NCBI GenBank assembly: GCA_025352785.1
Contig: JANXSD010000157.1
Span: 4,010 to 68,009 of the forward strand
Direction: 5' to 3'
Origin: Bacteroidota bacterium
GTDB lineage: Bacteria > Bacteroidota > Bacteroidia > AKYH767-A > OLB10
DNA length: 64,000 bases
Under the pieces are notes generated by a model, which did no database searches, was not told the DNA's origin, and saw nothing but the letters and a program-made list of their open reading frames with translations. Below are positions 20,662 to 30,659 of the stretch, one piece after another. A program made the translations under genes and the position numbers. The first letter of the stretch is position 1; the number at the start of each line of letters is the position of its first letter.

Positions 20662-21840
20662 ATGGAAGCATACATTCTTACTGGTTTTCGTTCTGCAGTT
20701 GGCAAAGCGCCACGTGGGCAGTTTCGATTTACTCGTCCTGATGATTTAGCAGTTTCAGTAATTCGACATTTGTTGAGTGTTGTACCGAATCTTGACAAAG
20801 AGCAGATCGATGATGTTATTGTAGGAAATGCAACTCCAGAAGCGGAACAAGGATTGAATATTGGACGAATGATTTCACTCATGGGACTTGACACTGTTAA
20901 AGTTCCTGGAATGACAATCAATAGATATTGTGCATCAGGATTAGAGTCAATTGCAATTGCTGCTGCAAAAGTTAAATCAGGAATGGCTGATTGTATTATT
21001 GCTGGTGGTGTTGAATGCATGAGTCCGATTCCTTTTGGAGGATGGCGAATTGTTCCTAACTATGAAGTCGCAAAAAACAATGCAGATTATTATTGGGGAA
21101 TGGGTTTAACAGCAGAGGCAGTAGCAAATGAATATAAAGTTAATCGTGAAGATCAAGATGCCTTTTCATTTCGTTCCCATCAACGTGCGGTAAGCGCTAT
21201 AAAAGAGGGATTATTTAAAGATCAAATTGCACCCTACTCTATTCAAGAAATATTTTTGGATGCGAATGAAAAAAAACAAACAAGAGAAACTATAATTGCA
21301 ACTGATGAAGGTGCGCGAGCAGATACGACAGTAGAGAAGTTAGCTGCATTAAAGCCAGTATTTGATGCGAAAGGATCTGTTACAGCAGGTAATTCGTCTC
21401 AAACTAGTGATGGTGCTGCATTTGTTTTAGTTGTATCTGAAAAAATGTTGAAGCAATTAAATATGAACCCACGTTTACGTTTCGTGAGTTATGCAGTTGC
21501 TGGAGTTGAACCTCGGATAATGGGCATTGGTCCTATTGAAGCAATTCCTGCTGCGCTTAAACGTGCAGGACTAACAAAAAATGATTTAGCATTAATAGAA
21601 TTGAACGAAGCATTTGCATCGCAATCATTAGCTGTTTGCAGAGCACTAGAGTTAGATGGTGAAAAAGTAAATGTTAACGGAGGAGCAATAGCATTAGGTC
21701 ATCCATTAGGTTGTACGGGAGGAAAACTTACAGTTCAAATAATGAATGAATTAGAGCGCAGAAAAGAAAAATATGGAATGGTATCGATGTGTGTAGGAAC
21801 CGGGCAAGGTGCTGCAGGAATATTTGAAAGAATGAATTAA
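20662..21840 (+). CDS. fadA: Acetyl-CoA C-acyltransferase (thiolase)
   Basis: NRYCASG, NEAFA, GHPLG, CVGTGQG; ATG at 20662. Confidence 0.95.
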   Translation: MEAYILTGFRSAVGKAPRGQFRFTRPDDLAVSVIRHLLSVVPNLDKEQIDDVIVGNATPEAEQGLNIGRMISLMGLDTVKVPGMTINRYCASGLESIAIAAAKVKSGMADCIIAGGVECMSPIPFGGWRIVPNYEVAKNNADYYWGMGLTAEAVANEYKVNREDQDAFSFRSHQRAVSAIKEGLFKDQIAPYSIQEIFLDANEKKQTRETIIATDEGARADTTVEKLAALKPVFDAKGSVTAGNSSQTSDGAAFVLVVSEKMLKQLNMNPRLRFVSYAVAGVEPRIMGIGPIEAIPAALKRAGLTKNDLALIELNEAFASQSLAVCRALELDGEKVNVNGGAIALGHPLGCTGGKLTVQIMNELERRKEKYGMVSMCVGTGQGAAGIFERMN

Positions 21841-21931
21841 TTCACGTTGTAAAAATTCATTTTGTACCTAATTGTGTTTACCTATTTTTGCGCACTTATA
21901 GAATTAAAACAAACTTAACAATAATTAAAAT

Positions 21932-22501
21932 ATGAAAAAGGCGATTAGAGTTTTACTAGTTTTTATAGTACTTGGTAGTTCAGTTGCAAATGCGCAAAAC
22001 TTTGTTAGAGGCACTAATGTAATAAGTGCGGGAATAGGCATTGGAAGTGCAATAGGTAGCTATACCCATTCTTCACAAAGTCCAGGATTTAGTATTCAAT
22101 ATGAAAGAGGTGTTTGGGACGTTCCTGGGCCGGGAGTTATAAGTTTAGGCGGATATCTTGGCATTAAAAGTTACAGATACAAACACAATAATTATACGGA
22201 AAACTGGAACTATACAGTGATTGGCATTAGGGGAGCGTATCATTATAATGATTTAAAGAGATTTAACAATAAATTCTTAGATAAATTGGATGTATATGGA
22301 GGTGTAATGGTATCATTCAATATTCTCAATTATACAAATGATTACCCATCGAATTATCCATATAACAATGATTATAATAGTGCTCCTGGAGCGAGTTTAT
22401 TTGTAGGTGGTCGTTATTTTATTACGAATAATTTCGCAGTATATTCTGAGTTGGGTTATGGGGTATCCATACTCAACATCGGAGTAAGTTTGAAATTCTA
22501 A
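21932..22501 (+). CDS. Small outer-membrane beta-barrel protein
   Basis: Signal peptide (ANA-Q), alternating aromatic beta-strands, C-terminal Phe. Confidence 0.75.
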   Translation: MKKAIRVLLVFIVLGSSVANAQNFVRGTNVISAGIGIGSAIGSYTHSSQSPGFSIQYERGVWDVPGPGVISLGGYLGIKSYRYKHNNYTENWNYTVIGIRGAYHYNDLKRFNNKFLDKLDVYGGVMVSFNILNYTNDYPSNYPYNNDYNSAPGASLFVGGRYFITNNFAVYSELGYGVSILNIGVSLKF

Positions 22502-22541
22502 TAATATTTGAGGATTTATTTCTTAGGATTCTCAAACATAA

Positions 22542-22590
22542 ATGCCCTGTCAATTGTTGTATAATATACGTTGACAGGGCATAATTTTTA
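22542..22590 (+). terminator. Intrinsic terminator
   Basis: ATGCCCTGTCAA...TTGACAGGGCAT followed by a T-rich tract. Confidence 0.65.
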
Positions 22591-22609
22591 TTAGTTAAAT
22601 TAAATAATA

Positions 22610-23056
22610 ATGAATAATCCATACTACTCGAACACAGATATTACATTGCTAGATGTTAGCAACGATGAATGGAAAAAAATTCTTTCAGAAGATGTTTTTT
22701 ATATTGGCCGGCAAAAAGGAACAGAAAGACCATTTACAGGCAAGTTTTGGGAATCAAGTGAGCGTGGAACGTATTATTGTGCCGTATGTGGAAATGCATT
22801 ATTTAAATCTGATTCTAAATTTGCTAGCTCATGCGGTTGGCCTAGTTTTTTCGAGTCTATTAGAAAAGATGCTGTAATTTATATTCCCGATTATTCGCAT
22901 GGGATGAATCGAACAGAAGTAGAATGTGGGAGATGTAAATCTCATTTAGGCCATATTTTTGAAGATGGTCCAAAGCCTACGGGAAACCGTTTTTGCATGA
23001 ACTCCCTCATGCTAGATTTTGAGCCGGAAGACAAAATTCAATCTGTATCTTTCTAA
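22610..23056 (+). CDS. msrB: Peptide-methionine (R)-S-oxide reductase
   Basis: GTERPF, CAVC and CGRC Zn sites, CGWPSF, HLGHIF, RFCMNS. Confidence 0.96.
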   Translation: MNNPYYSNTDITLLDVSNDEWKKILSEDVFYIGRQKGTERPFTGKFWESSERGTYYCAVCGNALFKSDSKFASSCGWPSFFESIRKDAVIYIPDYSHGMNRTEVECGRCKSHLGHIFEDGPKPTGNRFCMNSLMLDFEPEDKIQSVSF

Positions 23057-23150
23057 GATTGACCATTCTATTTCCATGAATTTTTCAATTTTCTAGCCAG
23101 CATATTCGTGTATTATATATCTTCAAGCATTCAGAAAATGAACTACTAAA

Positions 23151-23834
23151 ATGAAGAAAAAAATCCTACACAAACATCCACTAGTTATTCGTTGGTTTCA
23201 TTGGTTAAATTTTCCGATTCTTGCTTTAATGATTTGGAGCGGATTACTTATTTATTGGGCAAACGATGTCTATAAAATAAGTTTTGGTCAAACTCTAGTA
23301 TTTCATTTTTTTCCGGAAAATTTTTATAAAACTTTTAATATCTCATTTCATTTAGCGGAAGGAATGAGTTGGCATTTTGCACTGATGTGGTTATTTTTTA
23401 TCAATGGAATTTTATATGTTGCCTATACTTTAATTTCTGGTGAGTGGCGGTATCTATTACCTGATAAAAATTCATTTAAAGAAGCATGGCAAGTATTGTT
23501 ACATGATTTGCATATTCGAAAATTTCATCCAACACAAATAAAATACAATGGGGCGCAAAAAATAGCTTACACATTAATAATAGTGATGGGCGTTGGTTCA
23601 ATAGTAAGTGGACTGGCCATATATAAACCTGTACAATTTAATTGGGCAATGAATGTCTGCGGTGGATATGGAAATGCAAGAGGAATTCATTTCATACTTA
23701 CTATTGGTTATGTGTTATTTTTCCTTGTGCATATTGTGCAAGTAATACGAGCCGGTTGGAATAATTTCCAAGCAATGGTTACAGGTTTTGAAATTTTTAA
23801 ATCGACTAAAGCAGAGCAGCATGAAGAATCCTAA
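23151..23834 (+). CDS. Di-heme cytochrome b (thiosulfate reductase/Ni-hydrogenase cyt b type)
   Basis: Four TM helices; RWFHW, WHF, KYNGAQK, IHF...VH heme ligands. Confidence 0.88.
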   Translation: MKKKILHKHPLVIRWFHWLNFPILALMIWSGLLIYWANDVYKISFGQTLVFHFFPENFYKTFNISFHLAEGMSWHFALMWLFFINGILYVAYTLISGEWRYLLPDKNSFKEAWQVLLHDLHIRKFHPTQIKYNGAQKIAYTLIIVMGVGSIVSGLAIYKPVQFNWAMNVCGGYGNARGIHFILTIGYVLFFLVHIVQVIRAGWNNFQAMVTGFEIFKSTKAEQHEES

Positions 23835-24585
23835 TTCAAAGCTCGAAGAATTCGTTGATGCGAAATCAATTAAGAGAAAAAGCGTTGTTGCATTTTGTAT
23901 CTTTTTTTTAATGCTAGTAGTTGGATTTGCAACTTGGAAATGGATAAATAATCAACCAACTGATCAAGGTGCTTTAAGGCCATTAAGAAAAGTACTTGAT
24001 GTAAATGAAAAATTTTTTAGTGCGTTTTTTGATAGTACCAAACTTGTAAAAGAATATCCATTAAGTGCTGCAGCAAAAAAAGTGCGTGTAAATGGAATAG
24101 AAGGAATTCGTGATAACGTAGACGAAGACACTTGGCGATTAAATGTTATTAAAGACAATGGCGATACTTTAAAAATTACATTAGATGAAATAAAATTATT
24201 ACCAAAAAAAAATATTGTATTCGACTTTAAGTGTATTGAAGGATGGAGTCAAGTTACGCATTGGGCTGGAGTTCCCTTAAAAGAATTTATGAAGCATTAC
24301 CATTTAAAGAATGAGGCCATGAAAAAATATGTTGGATTATCAACTCCCGATCACGGATATTATGTTGGAATTGATATGCCAAGTGCTTTACATCCTCAAA
24401 CTTTACTTTGTTACGAAATGAATGGAAAGGCATTACCAAAAATTCAAGGGTATCCTTTAAGATTGATTATACCAGTGAAATATGGCGTTAAGCACTTAAA
24501 AAGAATAGGAACCATGTATTTTAGTGATAAAAAGCCAGCAGACTATTGGGCAGAGCGCGGATATGATTATTATACTGGCCATTAA
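23821..24585 (+). CDS. Molybdopterin-dependent oxidoreductase (sulfite oxidase/MsrP-YuiH family)
   Basis: FKCIEGWS Mo-ligand Cys, GYPLRLIIPVKYGVKHLKRI, YWAERGY; N-terminal hydrophobic segment; overlaps the cyt b stop. Confidence 0.9.
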   Translation: MKNPNSKLEEFVDAKSIKRKSVVAFCIFFLMLVVGFATWKWINNQPTDQGALRPLRKVLDVNEKFFSAFFDSTKLVKEYPLSAAAKKVRVNGIEGIRDNVDEDTWRLNVIKDNGDTLKITLDEIKLLPKKNIVFDFKCIEGWSQVTHWAGVPLKEFMKHYHLKNEAMKKYVGLSTPDHGYYVGIDMPSALHPQTLLCYEMNGKALPKIQGYPLRLIIPVKYGVKHLKRIGTMYFSDKKPADYWAERGYDYYTGH

Positions 24586-24701
24586 TCCATTCTAAAGCAT
24601 GTAACAATAAAATATTTACTAAAATTTACAATGAAATCTACCATCTAATTATTAATTTTTCGATTTTTGTAACCCCTTAAGAATTTCAGCAAAAAAAAAC
24701 A

Positions 24702-25586
24702 ATGACAGTCACCTTTCATGAGCAGATATTATTATTAGTTACAACGCCATTGTACGTTGTTGTAATAGCTGCTGAAATCTTGATTAGTCATTGGAAAATG
24801 AAAGGATTCTACTCTATTAAGGAAGTGTTCAACAATATTTATCTTACATTAGTAAATGCGGGATTGGATTTATTGTGTAGAGGATTTTATTTGATTCCAT
24901 TACTCTTTTGCTTTCATCATCAGATAATAAGTTTAGAAAATCATTTGTTTGTTTATTGGTTTTTACTCTTTATTCTCGAAGACCTTGCCTATTATATTGA
25001 ACATCGTATCGATCATTCTTCACGATTTTTTTGGGCGGTACATGTAACACATCATTCTTCTCCAGAATTTAATCTCACAACGGGCTTTCGATCATCGGTA
25101 TTTCAGCCATTGTATCGATTTGTATATTTTCTACCTATTGCATTTCTTGGATTTAAACCTATCGATATTCTTTTTATGTTTTCGATTACTCAAATTTATG
25201 GTGTTCTCGTTCATACACAGTATATCAAAAAAATGCCTGCATGGTTTGAAGCAATTATGGTGAGTCCTTCACATCATCGCGTACATCATGCATCCAATGT
25301 ACGTTACCTCGATAAAAACATGGGAATGGTATTAATTATTTGGGATAAAATTTTCAACTCATTCCAAGAAGAGTTAACTGCAGAGCCACCAACATTTGGC
25401 ATCACTTCACCATTAGAAGAGCCCAATCATAAAGTGAAAATCATTACGCATGAATGGGAAAATATTTTGCAAGACATTAAAAAGCCGGTGCCATTTTTAA
25501 CACGATTCAAATATATTTTTATGCCACCAGGATGGAGTCATGATGGAAGCAGGAAAACATCACGGGAGTTGCAAAATGAATTGTAG
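24702..25586 (+). CDS. Fatty-acid hydroxylase/sterol desaturase family di-iron membrane enzyme (AGMO-like)
   Basis: His boxes HRIDH, HVTHH and HHRVHH; DKNMGMVLIIWDKIF. Confidence 0.88.
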   Translation: MTVTFHEQILLLVTTPLYVVVIAAEILISHWKMKGFYSIKEVFNNIYLTLVNAGLDLLCRGFYLIPLLFCFHHQIISLENHLFVYWFLLFILEDLAYYIEHRIDHSSRFFWAVHVTHHSSPEFNLTTGFRSSVFQPLYRFVYFLPIAFLGFKPIDILFMFSITQIYGVLVHTQYIKKMPAWFEAIMVSPSHHRVHHASNVRYLDKNMGMVLIIWDKIFNSFQEELTAEPPTFGITSPLEEPNHKVKIITHEWENILQDIKKPVPFLTRFKYIFMPPGWSHDGSRKTSRELQNEL

Positions 25587-25605
25587 ATGAATTTATTTTC
25601 CAATT

Positions 25606-26574
25606 TTAAATCCCAGTCACAGCTCTTCTCATCCTATCATTGATTGCTCTTCCGATTCCAATTTCAGGAACAGTTTCGGCAACGATAATATCAATATCAT
25701 TTCGACCATCAAGCATGCGCATTAAAGAAAAAATAGAATGAGCCGCCTCTTTTAAATTCTGATTAGTTGATAAAGCAATAGACTCAACATTTTGAAAATA
25801 GGCAGTATTCGATTTTGTAAAAAATAAATAGGCAATTTTCTTATCTGGATATTTAAAGCTGACCTCATTTATATCAGCAATATAAAAAGGTTTGGTAGGT
25901 GCATAATGATTCTTTAACATTCCTGGAGCTTTAGGGTTAGAACTAGAATTAATTCTCAACTCTACTTTATTTGCAACCTTCTTTAAATCTTCAAGTGTTA
26001 ATCCACCTAAGCGATATACGAAGCAAGTTTTCTCTTTAATTTCTATAATTGTAGATTCTAATCCGATACTACAATTACCGCCATCTAAAATATAAGGAAT
26101 TTTATTTCCAAGTTGATCAATTACATGTTGTGCTGAAGTAGGACTGATATAACCAAATGGATTTGCACTAGGTGCCGCTAAAGGAAACTGTAGGTCTTGT
26201 AGTAACTCCAACGTTAACGGATGTAATGGCATTCTCATTCCAACGGTATCTAAACCAGAAGTTACCAAATCAGGAATACAATTTTTCTTCTTAAAAATAA
26301 TAGTGAGTGGCCCTGGCCAAAATGATGCTATTAAATCAGCAGCTAATGCAGGAATATCGACTACACATTTCATCACCATTTCAATATCAGGAACATGAAC
26401 AATCAAGGGGTCAAATATAGGTCGCTCTTTCACTTCAAAGATTTTTAGAACAGCATTTACATCAAATGCATTACCTGCTAATCCATACACTGTTTCAGTA
26501 GGAATTCCAACGAGTTCTCCACTTTCCAAAAAACTCTTTGCCTTAGCTAAATTTACTCCAGTTTCTGTTGTCAT
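25606..26574 (-). CDS. sua5: L-threonylcarbamoyladenylate synthase (Sua5/TsaC)
   Basis: PTETVYGL, KERP..DPLIVH, PSANP, APGM...HYAP, AINDRMRRA. Confidence 0.95.
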   Translation of the reverse strand: MTTETGVNLAKAKSFLESGELVGIPTETVYGLAGNAFDVNAVLKIFEVKERPIFDPLIVHVPDIEMVMKCVVDIPALAADLIASFWPGPLTIIFKKKNCIPDLVTSGLDTVGMRMPLHPLTLELLQDLQFPLAAPSANPFGYISPTSAQHVIDQLGNKIPYILDGGNCSIGLESTIIEIKEKTCFVYRLGGLTLEDLKKVANKVELRINSSSNPKAPGMLKNHYAPTKPFYIADINEVSFKYPDKKIAYLFFTKSNTAYFQNVESIALSTNQNLKEAAHSIFSLMRMLDGRNDIDIIVAETVPEIGIGRAINDRMRRAVTGI

Positions 26575-26847
26575 GAAGTCACGAAATTAGTAATTGTATT
26601 AAGGATTTGAGCGATCGTGAAATAAACATATTAAACTTCACCTATTTCATGTTTTAATAATTATTTTTGAAAAGCAGAATAGTTTACCGTTGAGGAAGTT
26701 TTAATACATTCAAATATATAATACCAATTTATCAATTTTACATGAAAACTGCTAAATACTTTTGCATATCAATTTCGTTATGATGAAATTTGAGGAAAAT
26801 AAAACAAGTATAGAGTTTTTACGTATAAATAATATAAATCGCTAAAA

Positions 26848-28638
26848 ATGGAAAACGCAACGAAAGTTAGATCTTTGAAAGGAGGGGAATTTATCATCAG
26901 CAAATCAGTTGCTGAAGATGTTTTTATTCCTGAGGAATTTAACGAAGAACATAAAATGATGGCTGACATGGCACATGAGTTTCTTGTTCAAAATGTAAAT
27001 CCAAATCTTGATCGAATTGACGCAATGGAAAAAGGTTTGATGCCCTCCTTAATGGATAAAGCGGGCGCTTTAGGCTTGCTTGGTGTATCTATTCCTGAAG
27101 AATATGGTGGCTATGGAAAAGATTTTCTTACCGGTATGTTGATGACAGAAACTCTTGGCGCTGGTCATTCGTTTTCAGTTGCAATGGCAGCTCATACAGG
27201 AATTGGAACATTGCCCATTTTGTATTTTGGAAATGATGATCAAAAGAAAAAATATTTACCAAAACTAGCTACTGGAGAATGGAAAGCATCCTATTGCTTA
27301 ACAGAACCAGGTTCGGGATCGGATGCATTAGCTGCGAAAACAAAAGCAGAACTATCAAGCGATGGAAAAACCTATATTTTAAATGGACAAAAGATGTGGA
27401 TCACTAATGCGGGATTTGCAGATTTGTTTATCGTTTTTGCTCAAGTTGATGGAGATAAATTTACTGGATTCATTGTCGAGAAATCTTATGAAGGTATCAG
27501 CTTAGGTGAGGAAGAACATAAGATGGGAATCAAAGGTTCTTCTACTCGTCAAGTGTTTTTTAGTGATTGTCACGTTCCAATCGAAAATGTATTAGGTGAA
27601 ATTGGAAAAGGTCATTTGATAGCATTTAATATTTTAAATATTGGACGTGCTAAATTAGCAGCGGCGGCTTTAGGAGGATGTAAACAGGTTTGTACTTCAT
27701 CAATTGAATATGCAAATACGCGCATTCAGTTTAAAATTCCAATAGCAAAATTTGGTGCAATAAAACATAAATTAGCAGAGCAATCTATACGAACGTATGT
27801 TGTCGAATCTGCAATTTATCGCGTTAGTAAACTTATCGAAGACATGGAAGAAAGACTTAGCAAAGATGGTAAGCCGTTTAACAAAGCATTATTAGGTGCT
27901 GCAGAAGAATATGCCATTGAATGTGCGATGTTAAAAGTTGCGGGTTCAGAAGTATTGGATTTTGTTACTGATGAAGGAGTACAGATTTATGGTGGCTATG
28001 GTTACTCTGCGGATTTTCCTGTAGAAAGATCGTATCGTGACTCACGAATCAACAGAATATTTGAAGGCACCAATGAAATAAATCGTCTATTAATGGTTGA
28101 TCAAATTTTGAAACGAGTATTGAAAGGCGAATTAGATTTGATGGGTCCAGCGATGGCGATTCAAAAAGAGTTAACAGCTATTCCTGATTTTGGTGCTCCT
28201 GATACTACCTTGTTTGCTGCAGAAAGTGAGACAGTTGAACGAATGAAAAAAGCGATTTTAATGGTTGCAGGTACCGCAGTTCAAAAATACATGATGACAC
28301 TTGCGAAAGAACAAGAAATCATAATGAATATTGCAGACATGGCGATAGATACTTACATGGCTGAGTCTGTCATGTTGCGTGTGCAAAAACTTGTTGGCAT
28401 CAAAGGCGAAGAAGCTTGTGTTCATCAATTAGATATCATGCGTGTATATTTGAACGACGCTGTTGACCGATTAAATGTAAACGGAAAAACTGCTATCAAT
28501 TCCATGTTAGATGGTGATGAGCAACGTATGTTATTACTCGGATTAAAACGCTTTACAAAGTCAATTCCTTTTAACACAAAGGAAGCTCGCAGAAGAATTG
28601 CGCAAGTATTGTGCGAGGAAGGAAAGTATTGCTTCTAA
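26848..28638 (+). CDS. fadE: Acyl-CoA dehydrogenase (long form)
   Basis: YCLTEPGSGSDA, KMWITN, KMGIKGSST, QIYGGYG, RIFEGTNEIN. Confidence 0.92.
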   Translation: MENATKVRSLKGGEFIISKSVAEDVFIPEEFNEEHKMMADMAHEFLVQNVNPNLDRIDAMEKGLMPSLMDKAGALGLLGVSIPEEYGGYGKDFLTGMLMTETLGAGHSFSVAMAAHTGIGTLPILYFGNDDQKKKYLPKLATGEWKASYCLTEPGSGSDALAAKTKAELSSDGKTYILNGQKMWITNAGFADLFIVFAQVDGDKFTGFIVEKSYEGISLGEEEHKMGIKGSSTRQVFFSDCHVPIENVLGEIGKGHLIAFNILNIGRAKLAAAALGGCKQVCTSSIEYANTRIQFKIPIAKFGAIKHKLAEQSIRTYVVESAIYRVSKLIEDMEERLSKDGKPFNKALLGAAEEYAIECAMLKVAGSEVLDFVTDEGVQIYGGYGYSADFPVERSYRDSRINRIFEGTNEINRLLMVDQILKRVLKGELDLMGPAMAIQKELTAIPDFGAPDTTLFAAESETVERMKKAILMVAGTAVQKYMMTLAKEQEIIMNIADMAIDTYMAESVMLRVQKLVGIKGEEACVHQLDIMRVYLNDAVDRLNVNGKTAINSMLDGDEQRMLLLGLKRFTKSIPFNTKEARRRIAQVLCEEGKYCF

Positions 28639-28652
28639 ATTGTTAAAAAATA

Positions 28653-28700
28653 AAATGCCCTGAAGTGCAAAATTATAGTACTTCTGGGCATTTACTTTTG
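28653..28700 (+). terminator. Intrinsic terminator
   Basis: AAATGCCC...GAAGT/ACTTC...GGGCATTT followed by a T tract. Confidence 0.6.
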
Positions 28701-28759
28701 TATTCAATTGCTAACTATTTTTACACCTTAAATTCAGCTAACAATTCTTGATACAATAA

Positions 28760-30658
28760 ATGAAAAATAAAGTTCTCTTAGTTTCATCCTTTATCTTTCC
28801 ATTACTTTTGATATTGTCGAATGCGAACTTTCAAAGTTTTGGATTTTCGGATGCGGGAGAGTTTTCATTAGTTACAAATTTTTTGGGAATTGCACATCCT
28901 CCGGGATTTCCTTCGTACGTGGTCATTGCATCGTTGTTTTCCAAATTACTAGAACTTCTTCCGTTTTCACATATTGCTGCGCTTGTCATCTTTTCCGCTG
29001 TATGTGTTTCATTTTCGTCGATGTTTTTATTTTTGGCAAGCAACCTATTACTTGAAAAATTATCGCCAGAAATAAATTCAAATAATCGAAATAGTATTTC
29101 ATTCGCAACAGCAATTTTATCCATCACGGGAGCGTGTACATGGCATTGGGCGCATTCGATAGAAGTTTATGGCTTTCAACTTTTCTGTATGGGAATGTTG
29201 CTTTATGGAATTGTGAAATACGAATGCGATCGGAAAATGATTTCATTATTATTTTTAATTGTTGGATACGCTTTAGGCTTAGCCAATCATCATTTAAGTA
29301 TGATTTTATTCACTCCTTTCCTCCTACTTTTATTACCAGAAGGATGGTTAATGGTACCTATCGTTGTCAACAAAAAAAAAACGATACAACAAAATAGTAA
29401 TCCATTTAAATACTTCTTTCAAAAACCGTTTTTAATTTTTTCAGGATCTACATTAGCCATACTACTTTTATTTTATGGATTCATGATGCTTCGGGCAAAT
29501 ACTCCATTGCCATTCGCTTTTGGGAATCCTGATACATTTGATCGCTTATTTTATCATATATCGGGAGGAGCGTGGATAAAAAACACACAAACTGAAGTGA
29601 AAGGAATTATTAGTATGCGATTCCCATATTTTATGAGATTAACTTTCAATCAATTTTTATTTTTCGTTCCATTTTTAATATTTGGAATATTATATCTTCT
29701 CAACAAGAAATTATCACGTTTAATAATTGCATTTGTTGGTTACTATTTGCTTGTGTTATTTTATCAACTTCGAATAGATCAAGCTGCAGATACTGATGCG
29801 TATATGTTGAGTCCGTTTCTTGTGTTAATGTTTTTAATCCCGTTTGGTATAGCTTCATTTATCAAACAAAATCAAAAATTGATTTATATCATTCCATTGT
29901 TGTTGCTTTTTCAAGTCGTCATCAATTATCCTAAAACGGATCTTAGAAAATTTAATGTTAGTGAATCATTGATGCGTGATCTTGATTTGTCATCACCCAA
30001 AGGCAGTGTACTATTAATCGCTGATTGGACAAGCATCATCACGTATAATTACTATCGTAATGAATATCACTTTAGAGAAGATTTAATGGTATTGAATTAT
30101 GATTTAAAATTCACCAACTTCAAATTACTCGATCGTAATTATCCTGAATTATACAAGAACATTAAAACAGAATACGATCGATATGTACAATTGCTAAGTG
30201 ACGCACATCCAGAAGAAATTTACAATACGGGTTGCACTTTAGACAATCAAGAGTTGATGAATTCCTATTTAACGGTTGTAAAGAAAATACAAAATTATTG
30301 CGTGTCAAAAAATGTTGCATTTATGACCGATCCAAAAGCTTATATCTTACTATCACAATATGGATTATTTAAAGTAGCTCATGTTTCTGGATCTTTGGTT
30401 GCAGATCGCATTACTGGAAAGGGAAAAACATTTCCTACACTAAATTATGACTGGCTAAATCAACCTCGGTTGATGGCTGAACCTGGCGCATCAGACAAAA
30501 TGGTAGACCTCGAAGCGGCTATGGATTTCAACAGAAATTATTATCGCCAAACGGGAAATATACTTTTAGCTGATCAAGCGGAAACTTCGTATCAACGGAT
30601 AAAAAGAATTCAACGTGATATGAAATTACGAATGCCATTTTTATTTCGACCTCAATAA
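28760..30658 (+). CDS. DUF2723/TMEM260-like GT-C membrane protein
   Basis: D-x-G-E motif (SDAGEF) followed by LGIAHPPGFP; EVY and NH motifs; many TM helices. Confidence 0.82.
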   Translation: MKNKVLLVSSFIFPLLLILSNANFQSFGFSDAGEFSLVTNFLGIAHPPGFPSYVVIASLFSKLLELLPFSHIAALVIFSAVCVSFSSMFLFLASNLLLEKLSPEINSNNRNSISFATAILSITGACTWHWAHSIEVYGFQLFCMGMLLYGIVKYECDRKMISLLFLIVGYALGLANHHLSMILFTPFLLLLLPEGWLMVPIVVNKKKTIQQNSNPFKYFFQKPFLIFSGSTLAILLLFYGFMMLRANTPLPFAFGNPDTFDRLFYHISGGAWIKNTQTEVKGIISMRFPYFMRLTFNQFLFFVPFLIFGILYLLNKKLSRLIIAFVGYYLLVLFYQLRIDQAADTDAYMLSPFLVLMFLIPFGIASFIKQNQKLIYIIPLLLLFQVVINYPKTDLRKFNVSESLMRDLDLSSPKGSVLLIADWTSIITYNYYRNEYHFREDLMVLNYDLKFTNFKLLDRNYPELYKNIKTEYDRYVQLLSDAHPEEIYNTGCTLDNQELMNSYLTVVKKIQNYCVSKNVAFMTDPKAYILLSQYGLFKVAHVSGSLVADRITGKGKTFPTLNYDWLNQPRLMAEPGASDKMVDLEAAMDFNRNYYRQTGNILLADQAETSYQRIKRIQRDMKLRMPFLFRPQ

Positions 30659-30659
30659 T

